The notes beneath the pieces are model-generated. The model was given only the letters and a program-made list of their open reading frames with translations, had not been told where the DNA came from and searched no databases. A stretch of 49,002 nt of DNA, from the NCBI GenBank assembly GCA_016217875.1, contig JACRFN010000042.1, positions 1-49,002 of the forward strand, given 5' to 3'. The DNA is from Candidatus Kerfeldbacteria bacterium. GTDB lineage: Bacteria > Patescibacteriota > Patescibacteriia > Veblenbacterales > UBA10138. Within the stretch, counting starts at the first letter, position 1. The number at the start of each line of letters is the position of its first letter. The position numbers were made by a program, and so were the translations under genes. This document shows positions 42,597-49,002 of the stretch, in pieces.

Positions 42597-42625
42597 ATTA
42601 TAGCTGAACTCCCAGCGACTATCAA
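42597..42625 (-). promoter_or_regulatory. Near-consensus sigma-70 promoter 9 nt after the dnaX stop, pointing toward tRNA-Gln
   Basis: On the minus strand, TTGATA (42620-42625), a 17-nt spacer, then TATAAT (42597-42602). Confidence 0.5.
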
Positions 42626-42633
42626 GCCTCAGG

Positions 42634-44193
42634 TTACTCTAGTAACCGACCACTGAAAGTAGACAGAACGCTGGATAAAAAATCCCCGCGATTATGATCA
42701 CTCCCCTCTTCCAACACCCCATGGATAGACATTTCTACAGACAAGATCTGTGCCAGGGCCTGCTCCACTACCTGACGAACTTTGGGATCTTGCACGCGTT
42801 CCTGATGAAGCTTGTACTGAAAACCGATAGTCAAAGTATTGCCTTCCAGTTTAGTTGGCTTGGCAATGGAAAGAATAAACGACAATGAATGATTGAAATC
42901 ACGCAGCTTAGCTACTACTTCCGGCCAGCGCTTAGCTATTTCCTCCAAGCTGACTTGGCTTGACGCTAAATTAACTAGTGGTGTCGGGCTAGCTCTTGAA
43001 GCCGCGACTGACAGGCGGCTGTGGGACTCTTTGGCTTGAGATGTGCGGCCTACGGCCTGATCATTATTTGAACCAGTAGACCCGGGGACCACAGCAAATC
43101 CCTCCTGACAGATAGCCACGGCCCCAAGCTCCAGCGGTAACTGATAAACCTCACTCTGTTGCCAGGTTTTCTCCAGGGCCAGCCATGTTTCCAGCATACT
43201 TTGCAGTCTGCCCTGGGTAAGCTCCCCTGACAATTCTGTCAGACTGGCAAAGACTTCATCTCCTTCCTTGGCCTTATCTTGGCTGCCCAACTGTCCACCC
43301 AACTTGATCAGCAACAGCTGACGCATCAACTCCAGAACCTGTTTGTAAAAGTAGCCAAGTTCACCGCCTTCGTCCAAAAAATTATTCAGCAAGGCTACGG
43401 CCTCACCGGCTTGGCGTAAAATCAAATGACGCACAAACGACAAGGCCACTTTAACGTCAGAGTGCGGCAGAACTAAATGGGCCTGGGCGGTGGTAATTTT
43501 CTTTTCTCCCAAACTTAACAGCTTACCCAAATAACTTTCCGCGTCGCGGGACGAACCGCCGGCCAAGCGCGCTATTTCTTCCAACACGCTCTGCTCCACC
43601 TTAACGCCCTCAGCCTGGCTGAGTGTGATCAAGCGGCGCACCAGATCAGCTGGCGTCAGCCGGCGGAAATCAAAACGCTGACAGCGAGAAACTATGGTCT
43701 CGGGCAGCTTGTGTACCTCGGTGGTAGCCAAAACAAAAATAACATGCGCCGGCGGCTCCTCCAATGTTTTGAGTAGAGCGTTAAAAGCCTCGGCCGTCAG
43801 CATATGCACCTCATCGATAATAACTACCTTATAGTGAGAGCGAGCCGGGCCGTGGGGAATATTATCGCGCAACTCACGAATGTCGTCGATACGACGATTA
43901 GAAGCGGCGTCAATTTCTATCAAATCAAATGAACGCCCCTCGTTAATAGCCTGACATGTGACGCACTTATTGCATGGTTCAGCCTCACCTGGCTTACGAC
44001 TTTCGCAATTAACAGCCTTGGCCAAGAGCCTGGCCATAGTCGTCTTGCCGACGCCGCGCATACCACAAAATAAATAGGCGTGGGTGAGGCGCCCGAGCTT
44101 GATTTCATTCTCTAAAGTGACCTTAATATGGTCCTGGCCGACTACCTCGCCGAAAGCCTGGGGACGATACTTGCGGTACAGAGTTTGAGTCAT
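42634..44193 (-). CDS. dnaX: DNA polymerase III subunit gamma/tau
   Basis: Walker A GMRGVGKTT, Zn module CESRKPGEAEPCNKCVTCQ, VVIIDEVHML, and SRCQRF sensor. Confidence 0.92.
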   Translation of the reverse strand: MTQTLYRKYRPQAFGEVVGQDHIKVTLENEIKLGRLTHAYLFCGMRGVGKTTMARLLAKAVNCESRKPGEAEPCNKCVTCQAINEGRSFDLIEIDAASNRRIDDIRELRDNIPHGPARSHYKVVIIDEVHMLTAEAFNALLKTLEEPPAHVIFVLATTEVHKLPETIVSRCQRFDFRRLTPADLVRRLITLSQAEGVKVEQSVLEEIARLAGGSSRDAESYLGKLLSLGEKKITTAQAHLVLPHSDVKVALSFVRHLILRQAGEAVALLNNFLDEGGELGYFYKQVLELMRQLLLIKLGGQLGSQDKAKEGDEVFASLTELSGELTQGRLQSMLETWLALEKTWQQSEVYQLPLELGAVAICQEGFAVVPGSTGSNNDQAVGRTSQAKESHSRLSVAASRASPTPLVNLASSQVSLEEIAKRWPEVVAKLRDFNHSLSFILSIAKPTKLEGNTLTIGFQYKLHQERVQDPKVRQVVEQALAQILSVEMSIHGVLEEGSDHNRGDFLSSVLSTFSGRLLE

Positions 44194-44196
44194 AGC

Positions 44197-44340
44197 ATAC
44201 CCGGTATATCAACTTCGCTTAACCACCGCGAGCACCGGCAGGTTGAACGAGCAGAAGGAATTAAATAACTCATTACAATACATAAAGTTATTAGACCCGG
44301 TGGTTGAAATTAGCTCTAGCGAAGTTGTATTACCAGGCAT
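44197..44340 (-). repeat. MITE-like element, copy 3 (144 nt, divergent interior, same termini)
   Basis: TIRs ATGCCTGGTAATACAACTTC and ATACCCGGTATATCAACTTC (15 of 20 match). Further internal inverted repeats are AACCACCG/CGGTGGTT. It shares blocks ACTTCGCT and GAACGA..GAATTAA with copies 1 and 2. Confidence 0.65.
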
Positions 44341-44420
44341 AACCCATTGTAGCGGCGGACCAACACAAAAGCAACCCCGCGCCGTAAGACTCGGAGCCTT
44401 AGGTTAATTAACTCGCCTGA

Positions 44421-45173
44421 TTACACTTCAAGTGGCGCTGGTGGTGCTTGTTCTGGGCTAAGTTTAGCTTCGGCAGCAGACTTAGGGCTACCGGCAACGG
44501 CCGCGCCTTGGGATACTGGGGCGGGCGTTTTACGCGGACGACCTCGTGGCCGGGATACAGTGGCAGCAGGCTCGGCGGCACCAGTACCAGACGACTTGTG
44601 TTCAGGCAAATCAACTACCGGCCCCGCCTCGGCGGCGTTAGCACCTTTCTTAATAATATTTTCCACGGCCGCCCAGGTGGAGGGCGTACCCTTGGGTACC
44701 AGCACCACCACTTCATCACCGACTTGCGCCTTAAAGTAAGTGACGCTGGCCAACAGTACTTTATAAAATCGGCTTTTGGCTAAAACGCGGAAATCATCAG
44801 TCTGTTCGTCACGCGCCAGCACGCCTACTACCCGCTCTCGTTCGACTGGCCCAATTTGTTTATAAATAAAAGAACCATCCGGACTGATGGTAAGTTTCAA
44901 CAAATCTCCTTCAACTAATTTTGACTTAGAAGCATAATTGGCCGGCACGCTATAAAGCTTGCCGTCAGGACCAACCATATTCTGACCGTCAAATACCCCT
45001 TCAATTATCACCGCCCCTTGTTCGGTACGCTGAACGCCAGCGGCAGACTGCGGCTTAACGCCGGGCACATGGGCCTCGGGCACGCCCAAAGCCTGGAGCA
45101 ATTGATTAGCGGTTTCTAAATTATTGCGCGCCGACTCAACCAAATTGCGCACGAGAAGTAGTTTGTCTGCCAT
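44421..45173 (-). CDS. Hypothetical protein with a C-terminal AT-hook (RPRGRPRK) and a Pro/Ala-rich tail
   Basis: RBS AAGGAG upstream. The AT-hook core RGRP is flanked by basic residues. The body has no motif I recognise. Confidence 0.6.
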   Translation of the reverse strand: MADKLLLVRNLVESARNNLETANQLLQALGVPEAHVPGVKPQSAAGVQRTEQGAVIIEGVFDGQNMVGPDGKLYSVPANYASKSKLVEGDLLKLTISPDGSFIYKQIGPVERERVVGVLARDEQTDDFRVLAKSRFYKVLLASVTYFKAQVGDEVVVLVPKGTPSTWAAVENIIKKGANAAEAGPVVDLPEHKSSGTGAAEPAATVSRPRGRPRKTPAPVSQGAAVAGSPKSAAEAKLSPEQAPPAPLEV

Positions 45174-45319
45174 AAGTTTATTTCTCCTTTTGTGTCGTAA
45201 AGCCTTTTGGTTTTGGCTTTATGGCTTTATCTGCTGGTTTATATTGTATTTTCTATTATACGCCAGCTTCAACATTCGGGTCAAACAGTCTATCCACAAC
45301 TCAAAAATACCTGAACAAT

Positions 45320-45853
45320 TTAAGTGTACAGATAAATTGGTAAATCTTTAGCCGACGGCTTGCTCACTTGCCCGGCCTGACGCCGGGGCAGCTTAAAAAC
45401 ACAAGAAACAAAACGAGCCCCCGGACGAAGCTCAGATGCTACCTTATTTTCTAATTTAACCATAGCGGCTGGGGTTAGAAAACAAAAAACCGCATCAGCT
45501 GGCGTGAATTTCACCCTCCAAAAATTCTGGTAGCGTACTTCAGCCAAGCCAGCGGTGCCCGACAAGAAAACCCTTAATCGAGCTAAGCAGTATGGTAAGA
45601 AGGCTACTTCAAAACCAACCGCTCGTACTCCAAAGTCGCGGGCGGCGGCGACTATTATTCTACCGTCGCCGCAACCCAAATCATAAACAAGCTCACCCGG
45701 TTTAAGCCTGGCCAAAGCCAGCAGGCGAGCCACATCTTTAGCCGGCAAAGGGACCCAGGGAGCGGCTGAGATTGCCCCATAGGCTAAAGTGCCTACCACT
45801 AATAATAAAGCCAAACAAAAAAGCAGTAGTACCAATAAGTAAACTACCGCCAT
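45320..45853 (-). CDS. Class I SAM-dependent methyltransferase with an N-terminal TM anchor
   Basis: SAM motif I VYDLGCGDGRIIVAAA, and an N-terminal hydrophobic segment. Confidence 0.7.
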   Translation of the reverse strand: MAVVYLLVLLLFCLALLLVVGTLAYGAISAAPWVPLPAKDVARLLALARLKPGELVYDLGCGDGRIIVAAARDFGVRAVGFEVAFLPYCLARLRVFLSGTAGLAEVRYQNFWRVKFTPADAVFCFLTPAAMVKLENKVASELRPGARFVSCVFKLPRRQAGQVSKPSAKDLPIYLYT

Positions 45854-45877
45854 AAACAGCCCACTCTATTACCAAAG

Positions 45878-48550
45878 TTAAATAGTTATGCCACCAGCCA
45901 CGCTTGGGTTTTGGGGGGGTGGAGTTGCTGGCGCGGCGCTAGGACGGACCGGACCTTCGTTCACTAAGGCGGGCTCAACGGCCGGAGCCGGCGGTGGAGA
46001 CATGAGTTTAGTGCGTTCTATTATATCGGCTTCTACCCCAGCCCGCGGCCGGCCGTATTTTAAGCTGGACAACTCGCGGTAACGCCTGGCCAGATCAAGG
46101 TTACCTGGGGTTGGTGCCAAAGTATGGATATTAAACGGCCGCGAAGGGGTGTTATTAATAAGCAGTTTAACGTAAGCCTGTCTAAGCTCAATATTAATCA
46201 GGTCATAAGCGTTAAAGACCGGCGCAAATTCTTTGGCTAAGAATTCGGCGTCTTCCACGCCTACACGAAAAGCCACCGTGGTGCCGACGTTACCGAAAAC
46301 GGCATCACGAATTTTGGTATCCTGGCCATTCACTAATTGACTGATATACTGGTGGGCCACGGTCAAATTCAAACGATATTTACGGGCCTCTGACAAAATA
46401 GTGGCAATAGAATCAGTAATAAAGTTTTGGAACTCGTCAATGTAAAGATAGAAATCGTGGCGAGCCTGTGGCTGGACATCGGTGCGTGACAAGGCGGCCA
46501 TCAGGATTTTGCCCACCATCACCAAACCTATCAGATAGGCATTCAAATCGCCCAAGCGCCCCTTGCTCAAATTAACAATCAATATTTTTTTCTCGTCCAT
46601 CACCTGACGAAAGTTAAAAGCACTCTTTTGCTGTCCGATGATGGGCCGCATAATATCGTTAGCCACGAATTGATTCAGTTTGGAAGTAATATAAGGCACC
46701 ATGTTGGCGAGAGAGGCTTCGCCGCCGGCCTTTTGCGCCTCTTTTACCCAAAAGTCATGCACCACTGGATTTTGCGTCTTGCTTAACTTGTAGCGGCGGT
46801 AATCGGGATCGGACAAGACTTTAGAAATTTCCATCAGAGTAGCGCCAGATTCCGGATCGTCCATAATAAGCAACATAGCATTACGCATGTACTGCTCAAA
46901 CATTGGGCCCCCAGTTTGCTTAAGGTCATATAGTTTGTCCATTATTTTAATCATTTCGTTGATGACGAAAGTTTTTTGTTCCGGATAGCGCGGATCATAC
47001 TCCAACAAGTTCAAGCCTTGCGGCCTATCTGTATCAGCTGGATTGAAATAAATGATATCCTCAGCGCGGCTCGCTGGTACGCGCGCCAAGACGGCTTCGG
47101 CCACGTCACCATGGGGATCAATAATACAAATACCGTCGCCGTTAATAATATCCTGCACCACCATATTCTCCATCAAGACCGATTTACCGGTGCCGGATTT
47201 ACCCACCACATAACAATGCCGCGCTCTGTCCTCGCGACCAAAGCGGACAACCTTCTTGTCGCCACGATAATCACTCTCACCAATGACTATACCCTCAGCT
47301 AAAATATTAAGAGGTGGTGGCGCTTGTCGAGCTGTCAACCAGCGGACGTTGGGCGTTTCGGTGGTCGGCAACGGAAAATGGTAAAGCGAAGCCAACTCTT
47401 CCGAATTTAAAATTAAACGCTTGCGCTCAACAAACGTCCGGTGGACAAAATTTCTTAAAAAATAGCCCAAATTATACGGCCGTCGGTATTTAAAACTGTT
47501 ACCGTACTGATAAACGTTAAACTGCGAAAATGAATTGACTAGATTATTCAAATAAAGTTCGGCTTTGGCATGGCTTTCGGCTGAAGCGACCAAACGCACG
47601 GTCACCTCCAGGCCAGCTTTGGAAGCTTTTTGTTCTATCCCCTTGACCATCTCCTCTTCCAGTGGCGAAAGTTTATGCGGCTCATGTTTGGCTGACTCAT
47701 GTTTAGATTTAGGTGAAGAGGTAGAGGGCAAAAAATTCCCCAACGACTGCACGGTGCGTAAAGCTAAACCAACTCCCGACGCATCTTGCAAAGACTTGCC
47801 CTGTTGCATAGCCGAAGCCACCCTCACCCCAGCCCGCCGCCAACTCTTGGGTGCCGAGCGCACCACCAGCTGAACCGCGGCCGCATCACCGATGGGCACT
47901 TTAGCCAAAGCGTTGGTAATGGCGTTCAACGGATCTGTTTCAAATTGCTTATAGGTTTTTATAGGAAATCCCCAAGAGCGCGTAAAACGCAAACTGGCTC
48001 CCAGTGTCACGCCGTGAGGTGAAAAAATATTGTAGTCTGTTACTTCTTCCAAAACCGCGTTCGGATAATGAGCGTGGACTTGTTGCTCCACAAAATCTTT
48101 TAATTTTTGAGGTACGGCCAGATAAAAAGAGATCACGCCGTTCTGCGCTACCAGCTCCAAAGACAAATGATCCTGACGACCTCTGAACCAGGCTAATATT
48201 TTGTACAAACGACGGGGCGCTCTCAAGCCGCCCACCACCGACCACAATACTTCGGCCACGCCTATGTCCTCTTTAATTTTTTCCGGTTTCCTTTGCTCCG
48301 GCTGCTTGTCACTGGTCGGCGAAACTGCTCCCCGCGGCACCATCACCAATAAAATAGTCATGCCTAGGCTGGCTTGCAACGCCGTTAAACGGCGCCACAA
48401 CCAGCGCGCCGCCCCGAGTGCCACTACGGCTCCCACAATTACGGCCACCATTAACCAAACTGAAGTTGAATCTTCAGGTAGCTCTCGGGCCACGGCGCCG
48501 GACAAATCTTGCACGTTGGTCAGGGGCACAAGTTGTAACAGCGGCAGCAC
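45878..48550 (-). CDS. Membrane-anchored VirD4/TraG/TraD-like coupling-protein ATPase (FtsK/HerA superfamily)
   Basis: An N-terminal TM, Walker A VVGKSGTGKS, Walker B FYLYIDEFQNF, and a Pro/Ala-rich C-terminal tail; 890 aa. Confidence 0.7.
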   Translation of the reverse strand: MLPLLQLVPLTNVQDLSGAVARELPEDSTSVWLMVAVIVGAVVALGAARWLWRRLTALQASLGMTILLVMVPRGAVSPTSDKQPEQRKPEKIKEDIGVAEVLWSVVGGLRAPRRLYKILAWFRGRQDHLSLELVAQNGVISFYLAVPQKLKDFVEQQVHAHYPNAVLEEVTDYNIFSPHGVTLGASLRFTRSWGFPIKTYKQFETDPLNAITNALAKVPIGDAAAVQLVVRSAPKSWRRAGVRVASAMQQGKSLQDASGVGLALRTVQSLGNFLPSTSSPKSKHESAKHEPHKLSPLEEEMVKGIEQKASKAGLEVTVRLVASAESHAKAELYLNNLVNSFSQFNVYQYGNSFKYRRPYNLGYFLRNFVHRTFVERKRLILNSEELASLYHFPLPTTETPNVRWLTARQAPPPLNILAEGIVIGESDYRGDKKVVRFGREDRARHCYVVGKSGTGKSVLMENMVVQDIINGDGICIIDPHGDVAEAVLARVPASRAEDIIYFNPADTDRPQGLNLLEYDPRYPEQKTFVINEMIKIMDKLYDLKQTGGPMFEQYMRNAMLLIMDDPESGATLMEISKVLSDPDYRRYKLSKTQNPVVHDFWVKEAQKAGGEASLANMVPYITSKLNQFVANDIMRPIIGQQKSAFNFRQVMDEKKILIVNLSKGRLGDLNAYLIGLVMVGKILMAALSRTDVQPQARHDFYLYIDEFQNFITDSIATILSEARKYRLNLTVAHQYISQLVNGQDTKIRDAVFGNVGTTVAFRVGVEDAEFLAKEFAPVFNAYDLINIELRQAYVKLLINNTPSRPFNIHTLAPTPGNLDLARRYRELSSLKYGRPRAGVEADIIERTKLMSPPPAPAVEPALVNEGPVRPSAAPATPPPQNPSVAGGITI

Positions 48551-48567
48551 GGCAGTGGAAATAAATA

Positions 48568-49002
48568 TTAATGCAGCTTAATGATCCTGTCGGCTTTAAT
48601 CTTGGCCTCTTGCTCTACAAAATAACGATTAATGCCGGGAATGCTCGCCAGCCACTCCCTAATCAAACGCAATATTTGACTAACCTTAAATTTTACCTGC
48701 TGTAATAACCTAGTAATCTGGGCCGCCGCCGCTTCGCCTTTGGCTTTAAATTTAATCTGCTGCGCCGGCGTCAGCTCGCGGAATAAATCTGCCAAATTAT
48801 CTTCCAAAACTTGTTCAACTTCCTGCTGTAGCTTGGGAATAACGCGTGGCGGCACCGCCGGGACTGCTGCGGCCTGAGCCGCCGCTTCTTCCGGCCGCGC
48901 CACACCCTCTGGTTTAATCTCAAGACCACGCTCCAGAGAAGACGGCCCTATCTGTTCCTTGGTTTCAGGCTCGGCTGCCGGCAGTCGTTCCGCCGGTGGC
49001 AC
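48568..49002 (-). CDS. Hypothetical protein, N-terminally truncated by the window end
   Basis: The ORF runs off the window. It has a Pro/Ala/Glu-rich start and a helical C-terminal part, with no motif recognised. Confidence 0.4.
   Translation of the reverse strand: MPPAERLPAAEPETKEQIGPSSLERGLEIKPEGVARPEEAAAQAAAVPAVPPRVIPKLQQEVEQVLEDNLADLFRELTPAQQIKFKAKGEAAAAQITRLLQQVKFKVSQILRLIREWLASIPGINRYFVEQEAKIKADRIIKLH

Noticed and set aside
42479-42598. 39-codon Cys/Pro-rich minus-strand ORF (MVQSTAGSCTLIYHPPPPACSRSCCGGASPMAGVMNQKI), a possible RiPP-like peptide
   Set aside because: Its ATG sits inside the putative -10 box, and the only Shine-Dalgarno-like GGGAG is 10 nt away. No modification enzyme genes are nearby, and the sequence is equally well explained as a GC-rich hairpin. 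It is kept only as a remote alternative.
42421-42633. SRP (4.5S/ffs) RNA, which is often found next to dnaX
   Set aside because: I looked on both strands for the conserved domain IV signature, a GNRA/GGAA tetraloop flanked by AGG...AGCA (as in ..GGUCCGGAAGGAAGCAGCC..). I could not find it. The hairpin here has no such apex.

Overview
This 49-kb bacterial window is mostly compact housekeeping operons. They include fmt-def-priA, gltX, serS-alr-ddl-ftsQ, lysS, greA, mreBCD-PBP2, proS, dnaX, and tRNA-Gln. The gene content suggests a small-genome uncultivated lineage (CPR/Patescibacteria-like), but that is inference only.

Several accessory or unusual segments sit among these operons:
- The edge of a CRISPR array lies at 1-173. 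No cas genes occur in the window.
- A complete, textbook T-box riboswitch lies at about 6490-6832. Its specifier reads UGG (Trp). It sits in front of an 854-aa rifampin-phosphotransferase-like ATP-grasp/swivel-His enzyme rather than an aminoacyl-tRNA synthetase, biosynthetic, or transporter gene. A histidine phosphatase follows. I consider this the best candidate for an undescribed system.
- Three copies of a ~150-nt MITE-like element with terminal inverted repeats each abut the start codon of a gene (LigB-like gene, serS, dnaX).
- A two-subunit [NiFe] hydrogenase locus has a GC-rich, pseudoknot-capable 224-nt spacer between the subunit genes.
- Two paralogous 86-aa ArsR modules are each bracketed by their own palindrome.
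- Two visibly AT-rich insertions are present. One encodes a PUA/EVE-like plus nuclease-like protein. The other is flanked by a diverged duplication of the proS 5' end.
- There is tRNA debris next to tRNA-Gln, and a VirD4/TraG-like ATPase.

All functional calls rest on motifs I could read in the translations. No database search was run.
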